NCBI GenBank assembly: GCA_007130885.1
Contig: SLRQ01000050.1
Coordinates: 38,661-102,660 of the forward strand
Source of the DNA: Deltaproteobacteria bacterium
GTDB lineage: Bacteria > Myxococcota > Myxococcia > SLRQ01
Length of the DNA: 64,000 nucleotides
Reading direction: 5' to 3'
Position numbers and translations under genes: made by a program. The notes under the pieces are model-generated. The model was given only the letters and a program-made list of their open reading frames with translations. It had not been told where the DNA came from and did not search any database. Shown here one piece after another: positions 51,683 to 62,272 of the stretch (position 1 is the first letter of the stretch; each line of letters begins with the position of its first letter).

Positions 51683-53730
51683 GCTCGCAGGTGGCCTGGA
51701 CGCCGTTGGGCGCGGGAGCGACGGCTCTTGGAATGTCACGCGCCGGCTATCCAGACGATTTGGTTTCGCGGGTGTCGAAGTTGGACCTCGGTCCAGAGCA
51801 TGTCTTCCTTGCGTGGGAGCTGACGCGGCTGGCTTCAGACCTCTCTGATTCCGACCGTCGGGCCCTTGCAACGGTGGTGCTCGCTCTGCTCGTCGTACAG
51901 GGGGAAGGCGGGACCAGGCTGTCGCTGGATGATGAAGGTGGCAATCTAGGCCGTATTCTAGATGAGCTGGAACTGGAAGACAGCGAGAGCTTGGATATCG
52001 TTCACTTGCTGGATGAAGCTCGCCGCCTAGGAACCGGCGGCAATGTTCCCAGCGGCTTGTCGGCGGTGCTCGGACCGCCCGGTTCTTACAAGCCGCTCAT
52101 CTTGGAGCATGGTTTTCTTTACACTCAGCGGCTACAGGTTCTCGAGGAGAGGGTAGGGCGGCTGCTGTCCGATTTGCTTTCAAGCGGTTATGAAGAAGTC
52201 GGGCTCGATGGGTCGCAAGATGCGCTCTTGGATGTTCTGGATAGATGCCCGGTGCACGACGCCAGTCCCATTCGTTTGACCGAGGAACAGCAAAATGCGG
52301 TTCAACTGGCAATGGATGGGCGGGTGGCCGTGATAAGCGGCCGGCCCGGCAGCGGAAAGACGTCGATAGTGGCAAGCCTTCTTCGTGTTCTTGCCCGAAT
52401 AGGCGAACCACCTATCGAGTCGATGGCGCTCGCGGCGCCCACCGGAAAAGCTGCCGACCGCATGAGACAGTCTCTTTCGATGCAGCTATCGGCCATCAAG
52501 CGTCCGAACGAGGCGGATCTAAGGCTGATGGCCGCCTGTCCGCCCGCGGCGACACTTCACAGACTCTTGGGGTACTCGGCCGGCAGCGATCGGTTTCGGC
52601 ATAATGAGCACAATCCCCTCTCGGAGCGTCTAGTGATCGTCGATGAATGCTCCATGGTCGATCTCGACCTTATGGATCGGCTGCTTCGAGCAATGCATCC
52701 GGAAGGTCGGCTCGTTCTATTGGGCGACGCCGATCAGCTTCCGTCCGTTGATACGGGCGCCGTGCTGCGGGACCTATGCAGTGCCAAGGCGACCGAGCGA
52801 GCGCGAAGGGCCGTTGTTCTGCGGCACAGCTTCCGGGCGCGTGCCGACGATCCATCGGGTCGAGCAATTCTTTCGGTTGCGCAGTCGATCAATGATGGCG
52901 ATACGGAGGCCTTACTGAATTGCTCGGAGTCGGAGACATCCGCCAGTAAGGTTCCTCCTTGCTTGGTGAAGCGAGACCGCGCGGTTGAGCTTCAGTTCGA
53001 GGGTGCCGAGATGCTAGAAGGCTCCCTGGAGGAGACGGAGTTCTTCCTGGAGAGGTGGCTTGGGAGACTAGAGGAGGGGCTGCCCGATCTCGAGGAGCGT
53101 TTGAGTCGAGCCTACGTCCTCGCCGCGGATGGTTTCGGTCCAGAGGACACCGCCGCTTTGCTCGTGCTGCTCGGCCACTTCGAGCGGTTTCGCATTCTCT
53201 GTGCGACCAGGATGCCGCTGGATGGTACCGGTTCGGAGGCCGTCAACCGCTGGTTTCACCGCCGGCGATTGCGCTCACTAGGGGTAGGCTCGACCAAAGA
53301 CGGTCCTAGGTTTCTGGTTGGCGAGCCGGTGCTGGTTACGAGAAACGACCACCTCCGTCGCCTCTACAACGGAGACTCCGGTTTGATTGTTTGGGTGAGC
53401 CGCGACGGCGAGGATGAGAGGTCGAAGTCCTCGCCGGTGGCGGTTTTTCCTCGCGGAGATGCTCTTGCGGCCTTTTCTCTGGAATCTCTGCGCGGCAAGT
53501 TGGAACCGGCATGGGCGACCACGGTGCACAAGGCACAAGGCTCGGAGTATGACCACGTCGCGGTGATGCTGCCCACTATCGATGTTCGGCCGCTTACCCG
53601 AGAGCTTCTCTACACGGCCGTTACTCGTGCCAAGAGGTCCGTAACCATTTTGGGTTCCAGGAAACGTCTCGTGGCTGGTACGAGTCGTCGAATGGATAGA
53701 GCTTCAGGCTTATCAGCCCGTCTGAGCTAG
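51679..53730 (+). CDS. recD: Exodeoxyribonuclease V alpha subunit
   Basis: ISGRPGSGKTSIVASLL (Walker A), LVIVDECSMVDLDLM (Walker B), VTRAKRSVTILG. Start MSSQVAW; its ATG overlaps the recB stop (ATGA). Confidence 0.85.
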
Positions 53731-53743
53731 TCGTCACCCGCGA

Positions 53744-54352
53744 TTGGCCGCCTTTTTTCGGCTGGCACTGGCGCAAGTTCCTTCCGAGTCACATTGTAGT
53801 CGTGCCTTGGATCGTTTGACGAAAGCATGCGCGAGGATCGTTTGTCCGCCTGTCGGACGGAGAGGACATGCAGGCTTGTTCGTTGGAGCAATTGCTTGCC
53901 TCATGTCAGGCATGGCTTCGGCCTGTGGTCCGCTCGGTTTCGAGCCGGTACCGGAGGACACCTCGGGAGACTGCTCCCAGGCCACGGTCGAGGGAGTGGT
54001 CTTCGAGCATGATCCGGAAGGGGGTGATCTGTATATTCTGCTTCTGAACGAGCAGCAGTACGGTGCAGGCGAAGGTGAGTTCGACTTCGATTTCTCGGCG
54101 ATTATCGGAGCCGGCGACGCTCGGTTCAGCTTCGAGGAAGTGCCTTACGGGAAATGGATTCTGGTCGGTTTTCAGGACGACGATGGAAACGGCATGCTCA
54201 CCCAGGGCCTGTTCGGAGCTCCCGTGGAGCCATGGGGCACCTTCGCTGGAGAGTCCCGGTTCGTTCCCGTATCGTTCGAGGAAGGGCACTTCGTGGTGGA
54301 AGGTGACGAATGGCGCGATATCGAGTTGCGCCTCACCGGTTTTCACTGGTGA
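53744..54352 (+). CDS. Hypothetical secreted/lipoprotein (start uncertain)
   Basis: Hydrophobic FVGAIACLMSGMASACGP region followed by a soluble acidic domain. Probable TTG or internal start. Confidence 0.35.
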   Translation: MAAFFRLALAQVPSESHCSRALDRLTKACARIVCPPVGRRGHAGLFVGAIACLMSGMASACGPLGFEPVPEDTSGDCSQATVEGVVFEHDPEGGDLYILLLNEQQYGAGEGEFDFDFSAIIGAGDARFSFEEVPYGKWILVGFQDDDGNGMLTQGLFGAPVEPWGTFAGESRFVPVSFEEGHFVVEGDEWRDIELRLTGFHW

Positions 54353-54355
54353 AGA

Positions 54356-55600
54356 CTATTCGTCCGGTTCCTCGAGGCGGATCACTCCTTGAGCCGTCAG
54401 GGTACGGACGAGCTTCAAAGCATCGATCTCCTTGACTGGGCTCACCTTTAGTATCGTGGAAAGAGTCTTGCTCCCGTCGAAGCGCTTGAGGAGGTAGCGT
54501 TCCGTTGGATCCTGACGTCTCTTCTTCAGATCTTCCGGGCTTGCCGATATCTTCGGAACGACAGGTCTTGCCAAGAGGCGATGGCGAAGCTCGGCGAGAA
54601 GCCCCGTTTCCGCTTCCTTGAGAGCGGTTTGGACCGCCGCGTCATGCGGGTCCATCTCGAGGGCCTTCGAAGCGAGATCCTCCGCTTCCACGAATCGGTT
54701 TTTGGACAGCATTTTCCTCGAGGCGGCCACCAGCTTGGAAACTTCGGTGGCTTCACCGTCTTGGTGTGCTTCATCGGGCTCAATCTCAATGACTACTTCT
54801 TCGGTGTCGGTCTCATCCGCGACATCTTCGAGTAGAAGATCCTCCTCGTCCGCCTCCTCGTATTCCAAAGGTGCGATCAGGCTTCGCCGGTGCATTGCCA
54901 GCAGCCGCTGATACAGGGAGAAGGGAGTTGCGTGCAACGACAGACCTATTTCTTCTATGGATTGGCCTTCGATGGCGAGGTCGATGATCTTGGTGTCGAG
55001 TGGGTGCTCCGGTTCCTTCGGCACGTCGCTTGCCGACACCTCGAGAAGCAGCCTGTCATGGGGAAACACTTGTCGGATGGATGTCCATGCCGTTTGTCTG
55101 AACTCCGCTTCCTCGAGCAGGTCGGCAGTGCGCACGCGAACGTCAATCGTCGGTTTCTCTTCCGGTACCTCGCCATGGTTGAAGTGAAACCGGCCCTTGT
55201 CCCAACCCATCATCGACAGCACCGTTTCGCGCAGCTTGACGGTGAGAACGTCTCGGAGAGTCTTTTCGTCGACCAGCCCGATCATTACTAGGATCCGTCC
55301 GAGAAAGACATTCGTCTCCTGTTGAGTCTCGAAGGCTTGAGTAAGCTGCTCCTCGTTGATGTGCCCGAAGTTTATAAGGAACTGGCCCAGGTACTCCCGA
55401 GGATCGTTGGAGAATGCTTGCAGCACATGGCCTTCATGCATGACTACCGTTTTTTCGGTCGTGCCCGACTCGCAACGCAGGCTGCCGTCCAGCCCCTTAC
55501 CGTGGCAGTACCTCATCACCTCGGAGGCGGGCATGAGACTCAACGATCCCCAGATAGCGTCCATGGCGGATATGTTCGGACACAATGGATAACGTAGCAA
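54356..55600 (-). CDS. DUF4388 (PATAN-like) domain-containing protein
   Basis: N-terminal GSLSLMPASEVMRYCHGKGLDGSLRCESG...VVMHEGHVLQAFSNDP pattern typical of DUF4388; acidic C-terminal region. Confidence 0.55.
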   Translation of the reverse strand: MLRYPLCPNISAMDAIWGSLSLMPASEVMRYCHGKGLDGSLRCESGTTEKTVVMHEGHVLQAFSNDPREYLGQFLINFGHINEEQLTQAFETQQETNVFLGRILVMIGLVDEKTLRDVLTVKLRETVLSMMGWDKGRFHFNHGEVPEEKPTIDVRVRTADLLEEAEFRQTAWTSIRQVFPHDRLLLEVSASDVPKEPEHPLDTKIIDLAIEGQSIEEIGLSLHATPFSLYQRLLAMHRRSLIAPLEYEEADEEDLLLEDVADETDTEEVVIEIEPDEAHQDGEATEVSKLVAASRKMLSKNRFVEAEDLASKALEMDPHDAAVQTALKEAETGLLAELRHRLLARPVVPKISASPEDLKKRRQDPTERYLLKRFDGSKTLSTILKVSPVKEIDALKLVRTLTAQGVIRLEEPDE

Positions 55601-55658
55601 CCTGTAATGCTTCCAGAGCTAGGACTTGGTTGCGGCAAAGTCCCTCATGGTCGCCGTC

Positions 55659-56087
55659 TCAGAACTCATGATGGCACCAAAGGCACAGGTCTCCAGGCTT
55701 GCCCTCGACGTTCTCCAAGGTCCTCTTGCAAGAGGGACAATTCAAGGTAAACACATGCCCGCACCACTCGCACCTGTCCCCGTATTCTCCGGCACAGCGA
55801 AGGACGGAGTTGCAGGAAGGGCAGGTAACGGTGGGACCGGTCGGCTCTCCGGGTAGGCTCCTGCTCTTGAGCCCCTGGCGGCGAAGATCCTGTAGGGCAT
55901 TTTCCCATTGAGCCAGGAAGGGTGCTTCCGGATCGAGGTGCCCGGAGTCGCAAAGCTGCTCGACTGTTTTTGAGAAAGTGCGTTCGAGCAATGCAAAGGC
56001 GTCGCAAAGAAGATCGATCCTGCTTTGCAGCTCGGCTCGATCGGATACGAGAAAGCTCTGTACGCTGTCGTGCCCACGCTTGGCCAT
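55659..56087 (-). CDS. Hypothetical protein with C-terminal double zinc-ribbon (4 CxxC)
   Basis: CPSCNSV...CEWCGH...CPSCKR...CLWCHH. Confidence 0.4.
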   Translation of the reverse strand: MAKRGHDSVQSFLVSDRAELQSRIDLLCDAFALLERTFSKTVEQLCDSGHLDPEAPFLAQWENALQDLRRQGLKSRSLPGEPTGPTVTCPSCNSVLRCAGEYGDRCEWCGHVFTLNCPSCKRTLENVEGKPGDLCLWCHHEF

Positions 56088-56121
56088 GCCGGCAAGGTCC
56101 CATGTGCCGTGAAGTCAGTCA

Positions 56122-56155
56122 ATGGCCACCGCTTCTGAATGGCCACCGCTTCTGA
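56122..56155 (+). repeat. Perfect 17-bp tandem duplication ATGGCCACCGCTTCTGA x2 in a divergent intergenic region
   Basis: Read directly at 56122-56138 and 56139-56155, between the minus-strand zinc-ribbon gene and the plus-strand lipoprotein gene. Confidence 0.8.
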
Positions 56156-56426
56156 AGGATGCCGGCCAGCTCTGGAACCGGGTCCGAGCTTTGAGCGTCT
56201 GGTGGCGAGCGTGATTGGCTCGTGGAAGGGAGGAATGATTGCCCTGGACTTGTCCCCCTTTGGGATGCTAGTAGCTAGCTGTTCGTTCTCGATGCTCGCG
56301 GACAATCTTGCCGGTCGTGAAGGCGGCTGTTGGCTCGGGTCACGCGCTTGCCGGCGGTCGGAGCTTCGTTGGGCGCCAGCTAGCAGGAGAATGGGGAGAG
56401 ACAGGGTCACTTACGGAGATCGATAG

Positions 56427-57299
56427 ATGAAACGTGTCATCTCATGTACGCCGCTTGTTTGCATTTTGATGGGTTTGCTTGCTTGTGCCGGTCGTCAGGC
56501 TGCCTGGGACGCCAAAGGCGAGTGGCCGGAGCGCGAGGAGGTTCTCCTCGACGAAGCCAGTCTGCTTGCTTCCGAAGGAGACGACTTCTGGCAGCGGCGC
56601 GACGATAAGGAGCAGGTGCGCGATGCTCTCGTTAGGTGGGAGCAGGCTGTGGAGATCGACCCCCAGGATTACGAGACCTACGTAAAGATCAGCCAGGCCT
56701 ATGCTTTTCTTGCTTCAAATCATCTGAAGGACGAGCCGGAGAGCATCGAGGCGAGGGAGGCGGCCCTACGAGCCGCCGAGATGGCAATGATGGCGGTGTC
56801 TTCCGAGTTCGGAGAGCGGATGATGCTGGGTGCCGAGCTGGGTGAAACGGTGGAAATACTCGGCAGGCAGGCCGTGCCCGCCATGTACTGGTATGCCGTC
56901 AACCTCGACGCTTGGCTGGCCGAGCAGTCGATGTTCGTTCGAATGCACCACGGCGATACGGCTGAAAGACTCATTCAGCGAGTCGTTGCAGTGCGAGAAG
57001 ATTACTTGCATGCCGCCCCGCATCGCTTCCTTGGCCTGCGATATGCCGACAAAGGTGATCTTGATAACGCCAAGAGGCACTTTCAAAGAGCTGTCCAGCT
57101 CGCTCCCGATCTTCTCGAGAACAGTCTACTTCTGGCCGAGCACGTAGCCGTGCCGCTGGGAGATCTTAGGTTGTTCGAAGCACAAATGGAGAGGATTCTT
57201 ACCGCCGATGTAGACGCGACATCTGATTTGGTGCTCGAGAACGAACGTGCCCAGGCGAGAGCCCGGGAGTTGCTCGCGGAGGCGAGGGATAGTTTCTAA
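56427..57299 (+). CDS. Lipoprotein, TPR-like helical repeats
   Basis: Signal/lipobox LVCILMGLLACAG; helical repeat content. Confidence 0.5.
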   Translation: MKRVISCTPLVCILMGLLACAGRQAAWDAKGEWPEREEVLLDEASLLASEGDDFWQRRDDKEQVRDALVRWEQAVEIDPQDYETYVKISQAYAFLASNHLKDEPESIEAREAALRAAEMAMMAVSSEFGERMMLGAELGETVEILGRQAVPAMYWYAVNLDAWLAEQSMFVRMHHGDTAERLIQRVVAVREDYLHAAPHRFLGLRYADKGDLDNAKRHFQRAVQLAPDLLENSLLLAEHVAVPLGDLRLFEAQMERILTADVDATSDLVLENERAQARARELLAEARDSF

Positions 57300-57318
57300 A
57301 ACTTGCCTGGGTGATGTT

Positions 57319-58212
57319 ATGCAGCTTGCAAGAGCGGCATCTCGTCTCGAGGGCTCGCTGATGACAGGCATTCGAGCAAAGGGTAGTAGCGGCGCATCCA
57401 GAAAAGCGCTCGCGTCGATTGCATTGATGGCGATAGCGATTGCCGGTTGCCCTCGGCCGCCTCCCACCTTTGGTCCGGAGCCTTACGAGGAGGCCGAGGC
57501 CGTGCTCCGCGCCGTACGGGAGCGCCAGCTAAGGCCGGAAGCCATCATAGCTGATGCCAGGGTGCGCGTTGCCGGCCCGGATGGGCGCGGCAGCGCCGAC
57601 CACTTCATAGTGGTGCGCAGGCCGGCCGATTTGAGATTCGAGACGCTGTCCTTTTTCGGTAGCCCCATGACCATGGTCCTGGTGACCGGGGATCGGTTCT
57701 TGCTGTGGGAGATCGAAGAGAATCGAGCCTGGGAGGGCTCCCCAACCGCGGAGACTTTCGGGATCTTCATTCCGGTTGGTATGGAGCCGAAGGTAGTAGC
57801 CGATATGCTGGTCGGCATGCCCCCCGTTTATGAAAGCAGGGGCAGACTGAAACTCGATCACGATCGCGGAAGATACGTGGTCGGATTCAGCAGGGGCCCC
57901 CTGGCTCAGCATCTGGTAGTTCGCCCGGATGATTACTCACTCGAGATTGTGGAGTGGCTCGATCAAGATGCCACGGTGCTGGCTAGGCTCGAGTATGATC
58001 GCTACCGGGAGGTAGACGGCAAGCTTTTCCCCTACGAGATTCGTTATGAGACGGTCCGTGGCACTCAGCTTCGAGTTCGCTACCGTGATGTGACTTTCAA
58101 TCCGCCGGATGCTGATGTCGAAGTGTTGTTCGAAGGAGGACTGCCGGAGCATGTCATCGTGCGGCCAGTGGACCCGGGCGCTCCTCCGCAACTAATGATG
58201 CCCGAGGATTAG
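57319..58212 (+). CDS. Lipoprotein, possible LolB-like/DUF4292-like fold
   Basis: MQLARA...ALASIALMAIAIAGC lipobox. In-frame ATG at 57319 within track ORF 57247..58212. Confidence 0.45.
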   Translation: MQLARAASRLEGSLMTGIRAKGSSGASRKALASIALMAIAIAGCPRPPPTFGPEPYEEAEAVLRAVRERQLRPEAIIADARVRVAGPDGRGSADHFIVVRRPADLRFETLSFFGSPMTMVLVTGDRFLLWEIEENRAWEGSPTAETFGIFIPVGMEPKVVADMLVGMPPVYESRGRLKLDHDRGRYVVGFSRGPLAQHLVVRPDDYSLEIVEWLDQDATVLARLEYDRYREVDGKLFPYEIRYETVRGTQLRVRYRDVTFNPPDADVEVLFEGGLPEHVIVRPVDPGAPPQLMMPED

Positions 58213-58220
58213 TGAAGGCA

Positions 58221-59978
58221 ATGCCTACACCCATAGCTAAACGAAATTCGAGCAAAGATCGCGTTTCTCGAATCTTTGTCGCGGTTTCGGCTTTCGCTCT
58301 TCTTCTTCTAATGTCTGTGGGTTGCCTGGTTCGTGGGGACTCCGAGCAGGACAGGAAGAGATTAGGCGCTATAGACGTGGTCCCGGAGGAAGAGGAGGCG
58401 GATGACTGGACCGCGGGGCGCCTACCTCAAGAGATTGTGATAGGTGAGCCGCGTTCAGGTGGGCAAGCGGTGATCAGGATGACTGTTGATCCGCCATCTC
58501 TCAACCGCTTGATAGACAGCGACTGGTGGGGCGCCCGTATCAGCGAGCTGGTCTACGAACCATTGCTCGAGATGGACCCCTACGATGATCCGGATTATCG
58601 CTACATGCCGGTGTTGGCGAAGAGCTGGGAGGTCAACGAGGACGCGACCGAGTTCACTTTTCATCTTCGGCGTGAAGTGAAATGGCACGATGGGGAGCCG
58701 TTTACCTCTCGTGACGTCATCGCGACCTTCGACAAGGTAATGGACCCGAGTACTCGCGCGGTTCACATCCGCTCCTACTTGCAGGAACTGGAAGAAGTGG
58801 AAGCGCTGGATGACTACACGGTTCGCTTCAAATGGAAGCAACCGTATGCGCTGGCCATGTCGGGAATGTCACTCGGTATTCAGCCGGCCCATATCATCGA
58901 ACCGCTCACTCCCGGTGAGTACAACGAGGCCAGGACGAACCCTCTACAGAGAAGCCCTCTTGGTACCGGCCCCTGGGAGTTTCGGGAGTGGGCGAGCAAC
59001 CGCCGAATAGTGCTGTCGAGAAACGAAGATTACTGGGGGGATCCAACGTATCTGGATCGCTTGGTTTTTCGTATAGTACCGGACGATACGGTGGCCATGC
59101 AGCTTACCGAGCGCGGCGAGGTCGATGTTCTTGCCGGCGTTACGGCGGAGCGTTGGGTATCGATGGACAGTAAGTTTTTGCGCGAAAACTATCATCGTTC
59201 AATGCATCATGACGCCAACTACACATGGATTGGTTGGAACCAAGATTTGAAGATCTTCCAGGACATGCGTGTGAGGCGGGCTTTGTCGATGCTCATCGAT
59301 CGCCCCGGCTTGATTCAATATATTTTCTTTGGGCTTCCCGTTCCGGCCACCTGTCACTTCTACTGGCGAAGCGACGCATGCGATCCGGACCTCGAACCGT
59401 TGCCTTACGACCCACGGGCGGCGATTGCTCTGATGGCGGAGGCGGGGTGGAAGGATACGACAGGTGATGGTTTTCTCAATGATGAAAGGGGACGCCCTTT
59501 TAGATTTACTTTGATGCTCCCCGCCGGTCGAGCCACCACGCAGCGAATGGCGACCAAGATGCGCGAGGACTTCATTCGCGCGGGCGTGGACATGCGGATC
59601 CAACAAGTGGAGTGGGCGGGGTTCACTCGGCGCCTTCGAGAACGCGAGTTCGACGCCTGTTCACTTGCTTGGTCGGGTGGCCATCCGCACGGAGGTGATC
59701 CCACCCAGATTTGGCACTCCAGCTCTGTCGAAGGCGGGTCCAACTACATCGGCTTCAGCAACGAGGAGGTGGATCGCCTGATAGAAAAAGCTCGGGTCGA
59801 GATGGACACCGATGTTCGTAACGAGATGTGGCGGGAGTTCAGTCGCAAGATATATCATGAACAGCCATATACCTGGCTGTGGACGGGACCGAGACTGACA
59901 CTGATACATAAGCGATTCAGGGGCGTGCGCGAGAGCTTGATGTGGTGGCAGTTTAGGGACTGGTGGATTGAGGAGTAA
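58221..59978 (+). CDS. ABC transporter substrate-binding protein, family 5 (peptide/nickel, OppA/DppA-like)
   Basis: ~585 aa with signal peptide FVAVSAFALLLLMSVGC; SBP_bac_5 pattern. ATG with GAAGG RBS. Confidence 0.8.
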   Translation: MPTPIAKRNSSKDRVSRIFVAVSAFALLLLMSVGCLVRGDSEQDRKRLGAIDVVPEEEEADDWTAGRLPQEIVIGEPRSGGQAVIRMTVDPPSLNRLIDSDWWGARISELVYEPLLEMDPYDDPDYRYMPVLAKSWEVNEDATEFTFHLRREVKWHDGEPFTSRDVIATFDKVMDPSTRAVHIRSYLQELEEVEALDDYTVRFKWKQPYALAMSGMSLGIQPAHIIEPLTPGEYNEARTNPLQRSPLGTGPWEFREWASNRRIVLSRNEDYWGDPTYLDRLVFRIVPDDTVAMQLTERGEVDVLAGVTAERWVSMDSKFLRENYHRSMHHDANYTWIGWNQDLKIFQDMRVRRALSMLIDRPGLIQYIFFGLPVPATCHFYWRSDACDPDLEPLPYDPRAAIALMAEAGWKDTTGDGFLNDERGRPFRFTLMLPAGRATTQRMATKMREDFIRAGVDMRIQQVEWAGFTRRLREREFDACSLAWSGGHPHGGDPTQIWHSSSVEGGSNYIGFSNEEVDRLIEKARVEMDTDVRNEMWREFSRKIYHEQPYTWLWTGPRLTLIHKRFRGVRESLMWWQFRDWWIEE

Positions 59979-60017
59979 GTTTTTGGTCTCGATCCGCCTG
60001 AAAGGCTTTGAGCTTAT

Positions 60018-61109
60018 ATGTGGCAATACATAATCCGCCGTTTGCTGTTGATGGTCCCTACCTTTTTCGGGATCACGTTCGCATGCTTTCTGGTATTGCG
60101 AATGGCCGATGTAGACCCCGTGGCCACGCAAATGGAGATGGGCCTCCAAGGCGGACAGGTTTCTCAAGAGGCCATGGAGCATCTGCGAAAGCTGTATCAC
60201 TTGGATCGTCCGTGGTACGAGCAATATGCGCGATTGGTCGGGCGGCTGACCGTACCGCTCTGCATGGATTACTCTGAAGAAGGTATTTCGGTGGCGGGAT
60301 GGCGTCTGTTTTCTCGTATGGCGTGTGATGAAGGCGCTCGTCTCACTCTCGACTTGGGCACTTCGTGGAGAGACGGCAGACCGATAGTGGAGATAGTCGG
60401 AGAGGCTCTTCCGATAACGGTGCTTTTGGCGACACTATCGCTTCTCATCGCTTACTTCATTGCCATACCGCTCGGTATTTACTCAGCCGTACGGCAGTAC
60501 ACTGTCGGAGATCAGATAACCACGGTCATCGTGTTCATGCTTTACTCTTTGCCTAGGTTCTGGATAGGCACGATGCTCCTTATATTTTTCGCCGGAGGTC
60601 ACTATCTCGAATGGTTCCCCTTGCAAGGGTGGCACAGCTTCGAGGGGTTCGATGAGATGAGCTTGGGCGAGAGAATCAGCGATGTAGCTTGGCACATCGT
60701 TCTGCCCGTGGTGACCCTGACATTCAATGCCTTTGCGGCGCTCTCCCGATACATGCGGACAGGCATGTTGGAAGTCATTAGACAGGACTATATAAGGACG
60801 GCACGCGCAAAGGGTCTGTCCGAGCATATGGTCGTGTTCAAACACGCCCTGCGGAATAGTCTCATCCCAATAATCACCATGCTCGGGTTGCTCTTGCCTT
60901 TCGTCGTCAGCGGCTCCGTCGTGGTGGAGTTCATCTTCGGTATTCGGGGCATGGGTGGCGTGGCGCTCGAAGCGATACGCCTGCCTGACTATCCGCTTGT
61001 CATAACAATCGTTGCATTTGTGTCCCTTCTCACCATGGTAGGTATTCTGCTTTCCGACATAATGTACGGGGTGGTCGATCCCCGCATAAGTTACGGTAAG
61101 GAGCAATAA
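60018..61109 (+). CDS. ABC transporter permease (OppB/DppB-like)
   Basis: MWQYIIRRLLLMVPTFFGITF start. EAA-like loop region ...RTARAKGLSEHMVVFKHALRNSLIP. Confidence 0.85.
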   Translation: MWQYIIRRLLLMVPTFFGITFACFLVLRMADVDPVATQMEMGLQGGQVSQEAMEHLRKLYHLDRPWYEQYARLVGRLTVPLCMDYSEEGISVAGWRLFSRMACDEGARLTLDLGTSWRDGRPIVEIVGEALPITVLLATLSLLIAYFIAIPLGIYSAVRQYTVGDQITTVIVFMLYSLPRFWIGTMLLIFFAGGHYLEWFPLQGWHSFEGFDEMSLGERISDVAWHIVLPVVTLTFNAFAALSRYMRTGMLEVIRQDYIRTARAKGLSEHMVVFKHALRNSLIPIITMLGLLLPFVVSGSVVVEFIFGIRGMGGVALEAIRLPDYPLVITIVAFVSLLTMVGILLSDIMYGVVDPRISYGKEQ

Positions 61110-62222
61110 GTGGCAGCTCCCCAACGAAAAACTGCAAGTGGCGTTGGCTCCCCCGACGAAGCGGAGGGACAGGTGCGGGTGCCGCCGCAAGCCGCCCGTT
61201 CAGTCAAGCGCAGCTACTGGCGAATGGTCTGGCAGCAATTCTGGCGCAGGCGGATCAGTCAAGTCGGCCTGTTCTTCATTGGTGGGATTTTTATTGTAGC
61301 TCTGTCCGCGGATTTTCTGGCATCGGACAAGCCGATTGTTCTTCGCATGGACGGACAAACATATCTGTTCCCAAACCTTAGGGATCCGGCTGAGCTTCGT
61401 ATGTATGACAACCATCAAATCATCGACGAGATGAAGCCGGGCGACTGGGCGCTGATGCCCCTAATTAGCAGGTGGGGCGTAAACAATCATGACTTTGTCT
61501 CGGTGCTGGCGTTGGGTCATCATCCACAGCCACCTACGCGACGGCATTTGTTGGGCACCGACCCCTCTGGACGAGATGTCATGACGAGGGTGATCCACGG
61601 AACGCGCGTTAGTCTCGCCGTGGGTATCCTGGCTGTAAGCATAATGGTGGTAGTGGGTGTGATTCTCGGCAGTTTGGCCGGCTATTACGGCGGTTGGGTC
61701 GACGGAGTCATAATGCGTTTCGTCGAGATCTTTTTGTGCATACCACCGTTGCTTCTAATCGTGACGGTGCTGGCGGTGCTTGCGCCGACCGGCTGGTGGA
61801 TGGTGGTGGCCATGATGGCGTGTATCGGGCTGACCGGGTGGACCAACATTGCACGTCTCATTCGGGGCGAGATATTCAAGGTCAAAACGCAGGAGTACGT
61901 TCAGGCTTCTAGGGCTTTGGGGGGGTCGGACGCTCGAATCATCGTGCGCCATGTTATTCCTAATTCCATCAGCCCCGTCCTAGTTGCCGCCACGTTCGGT
62001 ATAGCGTCGGCGATTTTGCTGGAAGGCGCGCTTTCGTTCCTGGGTTTCGGAATTCCCCCGGATATGGCTTCCTGGGGAGGGATTTTAACCGAGGCCCGCG
62101 GTCACATTCCGGCCTGGTGGCTGGCAATTTATCCCGGTCTGGCAATATTCATAACCGTCACGGCGTACAATCTGGTCGGCGAGGGCCTGCGCGACGCAAT
62201 CGACCCCAGGCTCAAAACATGA
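61110..62222 (+). CDS. ABC transporter permease (OppC/DppC-like)
   Basis: ...VQASRALGGSDARIIVRHVIPNSISPVLV. GTG start immediately after the previous stop. Confidence 0.85.
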   Translation: MAAPQRKTASGVGSPDEAEGQVRVPPQAARSVKRSYWRMVWQQFWRRRISQVGLFFIGGIFIVALSADFLASDKPIVLRMDGQTYLFPNLRDPAELRMYDNHQIIDEMKPGDWALMPLISRWGVNNHDFVSVLALGHHPQPPTRRHLLGTDPSGRDVMTRVIHGTRVSLAVGILAVSIMVVVGVILGSLAGYYGGWVDGVIMRFVEIFLCIPPLLLIVTVLAVLAPTGWWMVVAMMACIGLTGWTNIARLIRGEIFKVKTQEYVQASRALGGSDARIIVRHVIPNSISPVLVAATFGIASAILLEGALSFLGFGIPPDMASWGGILTEARGHIPAWWLAIYPGLAIFITVTAYNLVGEGLRDAIDPRLKT

Positions 62223-62272
62223 AAACCGACAGTCGATTCGACGTTTCGGTGCTTCCCCCGAGGAACTAGGCA

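Noticed and set aside
56122-56155. Possible CRISPR array
   Set aside because: Only two directly abutting copies with no spacers and no cas genes nearby; no other spaced repeat arrays seen in the window.
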